64,000 nucleotides of DNA from Candidatus Bathyarchaeota archaeon (GCA_963715865.1 OY970280.1:576001-640000), one strand, 5' to 3'; numbered from the stretch's first letter, positions 1-9,183 are shown. Numbers and translations: made by a program. The notes: generated by a model from the sequence alone, not told the origin.

Positions 1-1
1 T

Positions 2-766
2 TTTCTGAAACAACTCTCAGTTAATGTTTATGTTCTTCCACCTGAACCTGGGCCATTTAACATGGAATACTTCTCAATAGAATGCCACATGCCACCAGTC
101 TTTTTTAAGATGCTAAACTCCAAGTATGGTCTGTCTTTAGGGGATGCGTACAGACACCTAGAATTGCCACCCCCAATAGCGTGTTCTTCGCTTGAAGAAA
201 AACGTGAATTCATTCGAGGCTTGGCGGATTCAACAGCCCATTTTGACTTGGGTCCGTATTGGTACGGAACAGGAAAAAAAGGACTATGGCAAGTTAGACT
301 AACGCTGCTTGCGGATTCAAAACCTGAACTTGCCGTACAAATCTGTCGCCTATTGCAGGAAGATATCGACTTACCCGTACTTTCAATAAACCCTATAGAA
401 GGCGACATGCCCAGTAAGACTAAATATCGAGGCGGACGCGAAAGGCACATAATAATATGGGTTACAAATATTAGAAGGCATTTTCCCGCCCCATTCTTTA
501 GAAATGAATGGAAAGAAGAATTCTTAGAAGAGTGTTGGCAACAAGACCAAGCTGTTCTCAAGCAGCTCGTTGGAACGAAACGCAGGATTGTCAGAAGAAT
601 GCTTTCAACGTGTCCTCGAACAACTGAACAGCCTCCATATGCCTCCTTCTGTATTCCTCACGGATGCAACAGACAAAACCAGAAAACCAAGAACTCATCT
701 CAGAGCGTGCTAACAAGGAAAATAAAGGCTGATAAGTCCGAATCAGATACGCCTAAATCTACTTAG
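2..766 (+). CDS. LAGLIDADG-like endonuclease domain protein, 5'-partial
   Basis: Frame of ORF 62..766 has no stop back to nt 2. Motif EEKREFIRGLADSTAHF resembles a LAGLIDADG helix (FxRGLxDSxG). Confidence 0.5.
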   Translation, partial: FLKQLSVNVYVLPPEPGPFNMEYFSIECHMPPVFFKMLNSKYGLSLGDAYRHLELPPPIACSSLEEKREFIRGLADSTAHFDLGPYWYGTGKKGLWQVRLTLLADSKPELAVQICRLLQEDIDLPVLSINPIEGDMPSKTKYRGGRERHIIIWVTNIRRHFPAPFFRNEWKEEFLEECWQQDQAVLKQLVGTKRRIVRRMLSTCPRTTEQPPYASFCIPHGCNRQNQKTKNSSQSVLTRKIKADKSESDTPKST

Positions 767-853
767 CGTGCAACCATCTCAACTATTTTAGCCTTCCCTA
801 CGATTTTTCACTACTGAAAACTCCCTTTGGCCATGACTATCAACTCGAATTTC

Positions 854-904
854 GAGTACGTAGTAATTACTGAGTACATTCCAGACCTTATGATGTACGT
901 AGTA
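854..904 (+). repeat. Two copies of the viral 12-bp motif (GAGTACGTAGTA 854-865; ATGTACGTAGTA 893-904)
   Basis: Direct reading of the intergenic region. Confidence 0.8.
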
Positions 905-995
905 AATAGCTTCCGCTAAAACAATAAATTAAATGCCGAAAAAAAGACTGAAAAGAAGCTCCCTTTCAGCTTAGTTTTCAAACCCGGGAGATTGT

Positions 996-2564
996 TTAAT
1001 TTTGAGCCTGCCAAAACAGATAAACTTTTGTCTGCAGAAGCATTCCAACAAGCTTTATCAGCTTAGCCATCTTCGGCAAATCCGCATTTTCAATGGATGC
1101 TACGTATTCAGATGTTTTCCCAAATGGCTGATGTCTACTGACTGCGAATTCCTTCTTGAAACGCGGATGCTTATTCCTGATGAATAACTCTTTGAGCTTT
1201 CCTATTTGTGCAGGATTTAATTCCTCGATTTTTGAAAATACGTACCGGGAACTACCTAACAGTTGCAGGTCAAAGCCAAATATAGAGAGCAGCTCCGAGA
1301 TTCGCAAGATGCCCTCGGTCGGCTGTTGTTCCGCTATTCTCTGCATGCCCGCCTTTTCGGCAAACGGGTTATACTTAGCCATGACCGCAACCATCTCCAC
1401 GTAAGGAGTGCCGGCTAAAGGCAGAGTTTCGCGGATTAGTTTGGCGCCTAAGCCGATTGTTCGGTATTTCGGGTGAATGACAACGCGGTTGATGATGCTG
1501 AGTTTCTGGTTTAGTTCTTGCATGGTCATGTGAGGCAGCATGAGGCGGCGCCCAAAACATGTGGGCGGTGGATAGCAGTAGACGATTACGCCGCAGAGTT
1601 CTTCTCCTCGGACTAAACGAAAGATTTTCCTTGGACCTACAACCAAGTGTCCTCGGTAGTGAAAGCTGGCGAGTTTGTGCCAGTCGGCTATGGTTCCCTG
1701 TTCTATCTTCATTTCTCGGATTAGACTGCATTCAGCCGCGGCTTCGTTCGGGTAATAGTTGATTTGGATCTCTTCTCCGAACCGCTTGTGCACATGGACG
1801 CTTGGTTTCAAGTCCTCAAGTAAGTCGCTGTGAGTTGTGGCTGCTATGACTGCTTTGCCTTGTTGGCGTGCGATTTTCTGGAGGTTGAACGCGATAATTT
1901 TGGCTGTATCCCTGTCCAAGCAGGCTGCGAATTCATCTGCTATCCACCACTGCTTTCCGTTTTTTCCACTCTCGATTAACTTCGCGATTCGGTAACGGTA
2001 TTTCTGCCCGTCACTTAATTGGCTGTATGTACGTAGGAAAAGAAAAGCATCATTCAACCCAACCCTGCTCAGCAATTCTAAACCTTCCTCAACTGTGGCG
2101 CCTACGGTTTCGATTAAGGGCTTTTCAAGATCCACGGTAACCTCGGATAAGTCAGCCGCTTCATCGCCAAGGTCTGCCCTGATTGCTCGCAGTAAGACGC
2201 TTTTGCCTGACCCAGAATCCCCCGTGATATACATGATGTCTCGCGGTCCAATCTTCAACTCAGCATCCAGAACCTTGAACTGCTGCGCCTCGTCAATGCC
2301 TAAACCGAACGCTTCAGCAACAACAAGGCTTCTCGGAGTAGGCTTAGTATGCGTCTCGTAGCTTATGTTAAACGTGAACTTGCCCGCTGCCCTATCATAA
2401 ACTCTGCGGAACTGCCTGATACGGAAAAACTCGTCACGCCGCCTCGCGATTCGACATTCACCATTAACCTTGCGTTCAGCCAGTTTCTTTCTAACACGAG
2501 TTAAGTCAGATTTACCTTTCCTCAATCTGCATAGCCTCCGCTGACACCAATTAACAATGCACAA
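996..2564 (-). CDS. ABC-type ATPase fused to a GNAT acetyltransferase (COG2401-like); true start probably ~40-100 nt downstream of 2564
   Basis: Walker A GDSGSGKS, signature LSDGQ, Walker B WWIADEF, H-loop TTHSD, then GNAT motif A RVVIHPKYRTIGLG. Confidence 0.85.
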   Translation of the reverse strand: MCIVNWCQRRLCRLRKGKSDLTRVRKKLAERKVNGECRIARRRDEFFRIRQFRRVYDRAAGKFTFNISYETHTKPTPRSLVVAEAFGLGIDEAQQFKVLDAELKIGPRDIMYITGDSGSGKSVLLRAIRADLGDEAADLSEVTVDLEKPLIETVGATVEEGLELLSRVGLNDAFLFLRTYSQLSDGQKYRYRIAKLIESGKNGKQWWIADEFAACLDRDTAKIIAFNLQKIARQQGKAVIAATTHSDLLEDLKPSVHVHKRFGEEIQINYYPNEAAAECSLIREMKIEQGTIADWHKLASFHYRGHLVVGPRKIFRLVRGEELCGVIVYCYPPPTCFGRRLMLPHMTMQELNQKLSIINRVVIHPKYRTIGLGAKLIRETLPLAGTPYVEMVAVMAKYNPFAEKAGMQRIAEQQPTEGILRISELLSIFGFDLQLLGSSRYVFSKIEELNPAQIGKLKELFIRNKHPRFKKEFAVSRHQPFGKTSEYVASIENADLPKMAKLIKLVGMLLQTKVYLFWQAQN

Positions 2565-2573
2565 AAACAGCGA

Positions 2574-2657
2574 TTATCTTGCTACGCCCGTGACCTGGCG
2601 CTCCTTCAGCTTCTTGCGAATTTTTTGAAGCTTAGGCCTAAGTTTTTTGCCCAACAA
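2574..2657 (-). CDS. Candidate 27-aa basic mini-ORF resembling the N-terminus of the ABC-GNAT frame
   Basis: TTG-start ORF LLGKKLRPKLQKIRKKLKERQVTGVAR; aligns to KSDLTRVRKKLAERKVNG in the next gene. Confidence 0.3.
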   Translation of the reverse strand: MLGKKLRPKLQKIRKKLKERQVTGVAR

Positions 2658-2886
2658 AAATACCCATCACTGTGCCAGTAAGCCCAGTTATTGCCGCGAA
2701 AACTTCACTATTCCACATGCCGAGAAAAGCCATGCATGCAATCTCAAGAGCTGACAAGCAAAAAATCATGCCCATGATAAATTTTACACATAAAACAAGC
2801 GTTTCATTCGGCTCCTCGATAATAACTGGACGCCCAGGAACCCGACGCCGACGGGTTAGGGCACGCTTAATCAGGTCTGCCATCAA
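2638..2886 (-). CDS. Small membrane protein with two hydrophobic segments (holin-like candidate)
   Basis: 82 aa, basic N-terminus, two hydrophobic stretches, at the distal end of the tail operon. Confidence 0.55.
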   Translation of the reverse strand: MMADLIKRALTRRRRVPGRPVIIEEPNETLVLCVKFIMGMIFCLSALEIACMAFLGMWNSEVFAAITGLTGTVMGIFVGQKT

Positions 2887-3295
2887 CGCTTAACCTCTGC
2901 TGAAAGATGCGGCGCTGAAAAGTCCGCGGGCGTCTAAGCGTACGGTGCCCGCCCAGCATGAAGCTGTTAACAAGCTTGCCAGCCACATCTTTAGGAATGT
3001 GCTCTTTAACCAGCACCGATATATCGACTGTCCAACCAAGCGGAATAGCCGTATAATCCAAGTCAAACAAGCCGTCAGCATAACGAAAACTATTCTGCGC
3101 AAGGACGATATGCTTAGCTTTCACACCTAAAACACCAATGAAAATTCCCCAGCTTCGAACAGGCACATCAATCAGCGCACCACTACCGCTACTCTTGCCA
3201 ACACTAGCATCACACCATTCAACACAGATCAAGTCGCCTACACAAAGCGATTCAAGCTGCTTCTTCAAATCCTTCTCTTTTTCTTTGTTTTCCAA
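2867..3295 (-). CDS. Hypothetical viral protein
   Basis: 142-aa ORF overlapping the next gene, operon-like packing. Confidence 0.7.
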   Translation of the reverse strand: MENKEKEKDLKKQLESLCVGDLICVEWCDASVGKSSGSGALIDVPVRSWGIFIGVLGVKAKHIVLAQNSFRYADGLFDLDYTAIPLGWTVDISVLVKEHIPKDVAGKLVNSFMLGGHRTLRRPRTFQRRIFQQRLSVDGRPD

Positions 3296-3438
3296 ACCTT
3301 TTCACCATTCAATTACAATTACCATGAAACAGCAAACAATACCTACCGAAAAAACCGCCAAAAACTAATATACCCAAAAAAACACGCTAGAAAACAACAA
3401 GAACACCACGTTATAGCAAACTTTACGAAGAGAATACT

Positions 3439-4422
3439 ATGAATAAAAAACAATTAACAATATGCGCTATTTTTGCCATAGTCCTTATTATTGGAGCCTA
3501 CATCACTGGGAGCAGGATGCTGCCTGCGTCTAACCCAACTTCCAACCCGATTGAGAATGATTGGGTAGGAATTAGTGTGCATTCTCTTTCAGCGAATGAG
3601 GCTCAGCTGGTTAATGAGAGCGGTGCACGTTGGATACGTATAGATGCTTCAGACGATTTTGGAACGGCAGTCGCAAATGCAAAAGCATACAACTTAAAGG
3701 TTCTCGGAATACTTGACAGTTGGATGTTCAACGGAACAAGCGCATTTACACTTGAAGAATGGCGTAATGCTGTCACACATTACGTTTCAAATTACTCTAA
3801 TAGCGTTGATGCATGGGAAATCTGGAATGAGCCAGCAAATCCAACTTACCCACTATTGAACTTGAATATTACGACCCAGCAAAACATGAGCCGCATCGTT
3901 GAATTTTATTACTCAATGGTGCAGACAGCTTCACCAATCATCCGCCAATACGACCCAACCGCAAAAATCGTACTCTTCGGAGGCTTAAACCTGTGGTCAG
4001 GAAACGACCCTAACCTCGCACTTGACAAGGAGTTTGCCCAGCAACTCGCAGCCATGAACATTACACAGTACGGTGACGCAATCTCAGTCCACGCTTATCC
4101 TTGGATGGAGCAAGTTCAGCCGTGGATTTGGGAAAAATACGATGAATCACTAGCATATTACCGCGGACTTTTCACGAATAAATCTCTTGAGATATGGGTA
4201 ACTGAGACTGGACAACCAATAGAATCCGGCGGAGAACAAGGGCAGGCGCAGTACATGACTGATACCCTTCAACATTTCCAAGGAAACATCACACGCTTAT
4301 TCTGGTACTCGCTAGTAGATAACGCTGCAGACAAAAAAAGCTTCGGATTAATCGGAAACGCGTCGACGCCACGACTTGCCTACTACATATTACAAAAACA
4401 ATTAACAGGTAAATCAGATTAG
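3439..4422 (+). CDS. Membrane-anchored or secreted glycoside hydrolase, clan GH-A-like TIM barrel
   Basis: N-terminal hydrophobic anchor; acid/base motif WEIWNEP; nucleophile motif IWVTETG; SVHAYP; FWY. Confidence 0.8.
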   Translation: MNKKQLTICAIFAIVLIIGAYITGSRMLPASNPTSNPIENDWVGISVHSLSANEAQLVNESGARWIRIDASDDFGTAVANAKAYNLKVLGILDSWMFNGTSAFTLEEWRNAVTHYVSNYSNSVDAWEIWNEPANPTYPLLNLNITTQQNMSRIVEFYYSMVQTASPIIRQYDPTAKIVLFGGLNLWSGNDPNLALDKEFAQQLAAMNITQYGDAISVHAYPWMEQVQPWIWEKYDESLAYYRGLFTNKSLEIWVTETGQPIESGGEQGQAQYMTDTLQHFQGNITRLFWYSLVDNAADKKSFGLIGNASTPRLAYYILQKQLTGKSD

Positions 4423-4479
4423 TAAAGAAATGAAAACTCGAAAACCGCATACTCCAGAAAATAGACCTAGAAAACGGGT

Positions 4480-4516
4480 TACCACGTACATCCTAAGGCT
4501 CTAAATGTACGTAGTA
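4480..4516. repeat. Inverted pair of the 12-bp motif with a 13-nt spacer
   Basis: TACCACGTACAT-cctaaggctctaa-ATGTACGTAGTA. Confidence 0.85.
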
Positions 4517-4552
4517 AACGGTCCAATAACTCACTTCAACAGCTAACACTTA

Positions 4553-6166
4553 TCACTTCAGTGAAGTAAGCCCATACAGATAATCAGCCAGCTGAGGCTT
4601 CTCCTTACCCAGATTAGCTGTTATCTTAAGCGTCTGAGGCTCAGACGTCTCATCAAGCTGGTACTCAACGTAGTCGATGCGGAAATCATCGTCCACATCA
4701 TCATTAGGCAAAGTAACATGAACTTTATCGCCTCCTAAAAGAGGCGTAGTACCATAATCGAGGACGGTGCTACTAATCGTCAGAGACACTGCAGGATCCT
4801 TAAAATAAGCAAGAAGCGCTTTAGCCCGCAAGTCACATTCATTATCGCTTGCCAAATCCGTATCCGTCTCAGCATACTCCCTCAAAGCATAAGCACTTTG
4901 ACTTGCAGCATCCTCTTCAACGGCACTATATTTCATTCCGCCAAAGTATAAGCCGTCAACCCAGAAATCTCCTGAGCCTGAAGCGCTTCCGTCACTGAAT
5001 AAGCATGATATTTCAACCTTCTTTATCTGCGTCCAATCAAACCCAGTTTGGTTTACCCCCGGCACCCAGCTATCAGCGTTCGCTTTTCCAACATCAACCG
5101 ACGTGGTACCCCATTGCGTATTACCGGTGAAATTCTGGGCTTGAGTCATTTGCTTGTTGTTGATGTCAAATAGTGTAATTGCTCCTCGGCCACTAAGCAC
5201 TGTTTGTAACAGGTTGAAAAATGCTAATTTAGGATACAAATTAGCGTTTACTTCATACCCTGAATTAAACGTGAATATGATTGCGCCGTAAGCATTGTTG
5301 ACAATGTGACATTTAATACTGCTTGTTCCAATGGCTTTAACAGTGCTATCCTGCGCTACAGTAACGCCATCGCCAAAGGCTGTCCAATTGCCTTGTGGTG
5401 GGCTCAGTATTTCAGTCCAAGCATCCTTATCCAAGGGAGTGCTTTTGTCAGCTACGCCATACACGGTAATTTTGTTTCTAACACGCGAAATATCTATGCT
5501 GTAACTGCTCTGCTCTATGCTTTCACTCAAATCCACAGAGTTACTTTTGCTGTTTACTGGGAAAAACTCGAACTTGCCATCAGGCGCCACACGAAAGTCA
5601 AAGCCGATAACCCCGTTTTGGTCAGCGCTCCCAGCTATGTACTTTAAAATATCAAAAACCTGCTTGTCACTATACTGCAAATCAAGATACTCAGTGTTTG
5701 TGTCTTCAACAAGTTCAGTACTGTTGCGCGAATGACTTAAACTTGTATAGTTATCAATTAAATCTTTTACTATGGCTTCGCCCTTTTGATTCAAGTATTC
5801 TTTTGTCACTAACTTGCGGAAAAGTTGCTCACCCCAGCAACGCCCAGTCACATGCACATAAAACTCGCCAGATACACTAGGCGCATTGGGGTTCTCCTGG
5901 TACTCCACGGCTTCTATTCTCAGCGAAATAACTGCAGGAGCATTAGCTCCACGTCCAAGGCCGATACCGCCAGTTTGACCAACCAGAATCGGATACGTGC
6001 CATTAATGCTATACTTACTATTCCAATTCTGCAAAAGAAGATCAAAACTGCTAACCTCCTTCGTCGCACCACAATGAACCAAAAGCTTGACAACATCTTC
6101 AGGTGGAACCGCAACAGCCAAACCCAAACTAATTATTACGTTTGGGAGATCAACACTACCACTCAC
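4553..6166 (-). CDS. Tail tip or baseplate-hub-like protein with a central beta-rich insert
   Basis: Follows the tape measure gene; hub-like segments (FDFRVAPDGKFEFFP, SIDISRVRNKITVYG, GGDKVHVTLP) flank a Trp/Asn-rich insert. Confidence 0.7.
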   Translation of the reverse strand: MSGSVDLPNVIISLGLAVAVPPEDVVKLLVHCGATKEVSSFDLLLQNWNSKYSINGTYPILVGQTGGIGLGRGANAPAVISLRIEAVEYQENPNAPSVSGEFYVHVTGRCWGEQLFRKLVTKEYLNQKGEAIVKDLIDNYTSLSHSRNSTELVEDTNTEYLDLQYSDKQVFDILKYIAGSADQNGVIGFDFRVAPDGKFEFFPVNSKSNSVDLSESIEQSSYSIDISRVRNKITVYGVADKSTPLDKDAWTEILSPPQGNWTAFGDGVTVAQDSTVKAIGTSSIKCHIVNNAYGAIIFTFNSGYEVNANLYPKLAFFNLLQTVLSGRGAITLFDINNKQMTQAQNFTGNTQWGTTSVDVGKANADSWVPGVNQTGFDWTQIKKVEISCLFSDGSASGSGDFWVDGLYFGGMKYSAVEEDAASQSAYALREYAETDTDLASDNECDLRAKALLAYFKDPAVSLTISSTVLDYGTTPLLGGDKVHVTLPNDDVDDDFRIDYVEYQLDETSEPQTLKITANLGKEKPQLADYLYGLTSLK

Positions 6167-6178
6167 GATTTCACCTAC

Positions 6179-7180
6179 TTACTCAATACCCCGACGAAGC
6201 AATCCTGCCGCACCCGCACTCTGAATATTACTCATAACTCCAGGCGTCGCAGCAGCAGAAGCATTAAAGTTCTGAACGCTTGAAGCTGCCGAATTCATCT
6301 GCGAAGCAAAATAAGCCACCGCAACAGCCGCGGCAATAATCACAGCTATCCCCACACCAGTCAACGCTAGAAAAGTAGCCTGACTAATGTTCAATGCGTC
6401 CTCCGCAGTAACCGCAATCCACGTAGCCGCCGTCTTAATGTTCATAGCTACAGTTGACGCCATACTAGCAACCACGCTTCCAGTTTCCGTCGTCGTATCC
6501 AACGCTTCCGCCGCCGCCTGACCCTCCGTCGCACTTGTCGCTGCAACAGTTGAGGCAGCATTAGCCGCTTGCGACGAAGTATCAATCGTAATCGACGCAG
6601 TGTGGCCTTGCGTAAAAAGGGTGGCGTAATTCATCATGCGAGCAACCTGGCTCACAACAGTCACCACCGCGAGAGCATCACGCACATACTTAGTTGACTG
6701 CGCATCAAGCAAGCCAAAATCAGTCCCAAGCGTGGTTATGCCTAAGCCCAAACCGCTGACGCTGCTTATGCCCCTGGCAACAGTCGTAAGCTTAACCGTA
6801 GTCGCTTCAGCCTGAGTTCCCAAATCATCAAAACTTGATCCAGCAACCTCAACGTCAGCGCCCATTTCAGTCGCGGCAACACCAACCTCATTAAAACTCG
6901 TTTGAATAGGTGTTGTATCAACAGGCGGAATAATTATGGGCGGAACATCTACGGGCGCAAAACTGATTGTTATCGGTGAAGCTTCAACCTGAGCCTTAAC
7001 GCTTGCTGCGTCTTCCGCTACTTGGTTAATTTCTGGAGAAGCCAAATTCTCCACGTTAAGCGTCATCGGCGAACTTGAAATTGCAGAAGCCATCGATGCG
7101 GCGCCGCTGCTAATTTCCGCAAACTGCGACGTAGCCTCATCTACAGCTCGAATCGTTACAAATATTTCACCCATGCTCAT
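6179..7180 (-). CDS. Tape measure protein (short, 333 aa)
   Basis: Ala/Thr-rich helical sequence; N-terminus EIFVTIRAVDEAT typical of tape measure proteins; position after the chaperone and gp10 genes. Confidence 0.7.
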   Translation of the reverse strand: MSMGEIFVTIRAVDEATSQFAEISSGAASMASAISSSPMTLNVENLASPEINQVAEDAASVKAQVEASPITISFAPVDVPPIIIPPVDTTPIQTSFNEVGVAATEMGADVEVAGSSFDDLGTQAEATTVKLTTVARGISSVSGLGLGITTLGTDFGLLDAQSTKYVRDALAVVTVVSQVARMMNYATLFTQGHTASITIDTSSQAANAASTVAATSATEGQAAAEALDTTTETGSVVASMASTVAMNIKTAATWIAVTAEDALNISQATFLALTGVGIAVIIAAAVAVAYFASQMNSAASSVQNFNASAAATPGVMSNIQSAGAAGLLRRGIE

Positions 7181-7548
7181 ACTGAAGCCTCCTCTGCAGC
7201 CTGCTGCAAAGCTGAATCCATTATTGAAATAAGTTTAGACGCGTTTTCCTGCAGAGCACGAGTCAAGAAAAGACGCGGCATAATGCGTCTTGTGCCAAAC
7301 TCCTGAAAAAGCGCGTAGGGTACGTAGCAGCCAACTTTAACCTGGTACTTATCAACGACTTGTGCGTAAATGTTCTGCATAAGCCTACCGGTTTTGACGG
7401 GCGCAAGCTGCTTCGCACGAAGCATAATTTCCTGAGCAGTCTGCATAAGAGCCTGCTGAATATGATCCTGCATACCCGCACCTAACACGTCCATGTTACG
7501 CGCAACGTCTTCTGCACCATCAATTGTAACTTGGAATTCAACGCTCAA
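7177..7548 (-). CDS. HK97 gp10-like tail component
   Basis: Motifs APVKTGRL and YALFQEFGTRRI. Confidence 0.85.
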   Translation of the reverse strand: MSVEFQVTIDGAEDVARNMDVLGAGMQDHIQQALMQTAQEIMLRAKQLAPVKTGRLMQNIYAQVVDKYQVKVGCYVPYALFQEFGTRRIMPRLFLTRALQENASKLISIMDSALQQAAEEASV

Positions 7549-7550
7549 TA

Positions 7551-8068
7551 CTAATGCCTCTTCGCCTTTTCCATTTCGGCTTTTACTTGTTTATCCTGCT
7601 CACTTAAAATGAGAAGAAATTGGCTGATTGCTTTCGCTGGCTGTTCACGCAGTTGCAGCGGCGTCCAACCGAATTCCTTACAAAGACGATACTCCGTTAA
7701 GGCTGAGCTTGGTTTGCCTCCGCGGATGGCTCGGATAAAAAACGTGCCTCTTCAACGTTAACCGCATTAAGCCTATTGACCAGTTTCGCAAACAATTCGC
7801 CTAAGCCAATCGGAACACCATTTTCTTCAGCAAGTAGTTTTTCAAGCGTAACAGGCTTCGTTTCAGGCTGCTCCTTAAGGCCTGCCATTACAGTTTCAGC
7901 TTGAACCGCAACGTAATCACTGCTCTGCACCTGACCCGTCATTTGACTGTACTTCGTGTACTTCTGAATGATGCGGCTACGCTTCGCCCACGTAATTTCA
8001 GCGAAAACGTATTTGCCCTGGTACTCAGCACCGAATCTGCAGTCTAACTCTATTTTTTCAGTCTGCAT
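7551..8068 (-). CDS. Tail assembly chaperone GT-like fusion (~172 aa) via -1 programmed frameshift
   Basis: After T-TTT-TTA (7742-7736) the -1 frame is open for 61 codons (IRAIRGGKPSSALTEYRLCKEFGWTPLQLREQP...KAKRH) to TAG at 7553-7551, 2 nt before the gp10 start. Confidence 0.8.
7697..8068 (-). CDS. Tail assembly chaperone (G-like, unshifted product)
   Basis: 123 aa, directly after the tail tube gene; slippery heptamer near the 3' end. Confidence 0.75.
   Translation of the reverse strand: MQTEKIELDCRFGAEYQGKYVFAEITWAKRSRIIQKYTKYSQMTGQVQSSDYVAVQAETVMAGLKEQPETKPVTLEKLLAEENGVPIGLGELFAKLVNRLNAVNVEEARFLSEPSAEANQAQP
7736..7742 (-). other. -1 ribosomal slippery heptamer U UUU UUA
   Basis: X XXY YYZ pattern in the correct phase (cgT TTT TTA) of the chaperone ORF. 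Confidence 0.8.
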
Positions 8069-8079
8069 TTCTAGTCACC

Positions 8080-9156
8080 TTAAGTGATAACTGGTTCTTG
8101 TGCTGTGAACGCCGCTTTTACTGAAATAAGATCCTCAACTTTCGTCGGCGATTCTATCTTATCCCACTTGCAATGCGTAAATAAAGCGTTGCTCGTACCG
8201 CCCAAGCCAAACTTCAAGCTGAATTCAAAATCGTGCGTTACCTCAAGATACTGCGTCATATCTTCAAAATCAAGCGTTAATTCGCCAGTTAAAACCCGAT
8301 GACGCTCCTGCAAATACTTAAGCAAATCAGCGACTAAATCTTCAGTGTACGCACCTGCGGCAACAGTATAAGTATTAACCAAATTGTTTAGCATAGTCAA
8401 ACTGTTGCTTGCGATTGAATCAATTGTGTTCCACTCAGCACCGTTGGTATCTTGAATTTTAACCATGTCTCCAGCGGTGAATAACATGCCATCCGTAACC
8501 GGAACTACCTTTTGGTTAGCTGCTGCGGTTCCAGTTAGTAAACTCGTATTGTTTTGCCGTATCACAGGCACACGTTTAAGGTTGTTTTCAATGCTGAACT
8601 TCCAATCAGTCACCGTATCAAGTACGACCTGAGAAGTACCGTCTGCGGCTCCTTTACTCACGTAACTTTCATTAAACGCAACTGCGCCGCCATCTTGGCT
8701 GTACGTTGCTCCCGGAATCTTCGCGCTTTCAGGATCCAAGTTTTGCCCAATGATATCTACAGTTGCTTCAATAGCTTTTTCAACGCTACATCCAACACTT
8801 GCCTTATCCGAGATGCATCCCATATGACGCAAATCAACAATTTGACCGCTAGCCACTTTGTCATAAATAAGCTCAGCAGTGAACGGGTCAAGCGTCATAA
8901 CGTAGTTTAGAAACTTAGTTGGATTAGCGCTGGGCAGAGCATAAACCACTTTCAAAGCCACCTGCTTCAAACCTTTCTTTATCGCCGTCAAATCTCTTGA
9001 ACCGATACCTCGAAGCTTAATCAGTCCCGGATTAACCGAAGGCTCAACGTCCGTGATGTTCTCTATACCTGACATTGCGGGACTCGCCGGTATCCTTCCG
9101 TATGTTGTTTCGCTCACGTAGTAGAATTTTGCTTCATGCGCTCCATATTCACTCAT
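8080..9156 (-). CDS. Major tail (tube) protein with an internal ~70-aa beta-rich insertion
   Basis: Position before the chaperone; tube-like motifs (WKFSIENNLKRVP, LTGELTLDFED); no sheath gene seen. Confidence 0.75.
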   Translation of the reverse strand: MSEYGAHEAKFYYVSETTYGRIPASPAMSGIENITDVEPSVNPGLIKLRGIGSRDLTAIKKGLKQVALKVVYALPSANPTKFLNYVMTLDPFTAELIYDKVASGQIVDLRHMGCISDKASVGCSVEKAIEATVDIIGQNLDPESAKIPGATYSQDGGAVAFNESYVSKGAADGTSQVVLDTVTDWKFSIENNLKRVPVIRQNNTSLLTGTAAANQKVVPVTDGMLFTAGDMVKIQDTNGAEWNTIDSIASNSLTMLNNLVNTYTVAAGAYTEDLVADLLKYLQERHRVLTGELTLDFEDMTQYLEVTHDFEFSLKFGLGGTSNALFTHCKWDKIESPTKVEDLISVKAAFTAQEPVIT

Positions 9157-9183
9157 TTTTTTTGTTTACTCCTTTTTTTTATA

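Noticed and set aside
2027-2038. ATGTACGTAGGA, an 11/12 match to the viral motif inside the ABC-GNAT gene
   Set aside because: It lies in conserved coding sequence (FLRTYSQ), unlike all other copies; probably chance.
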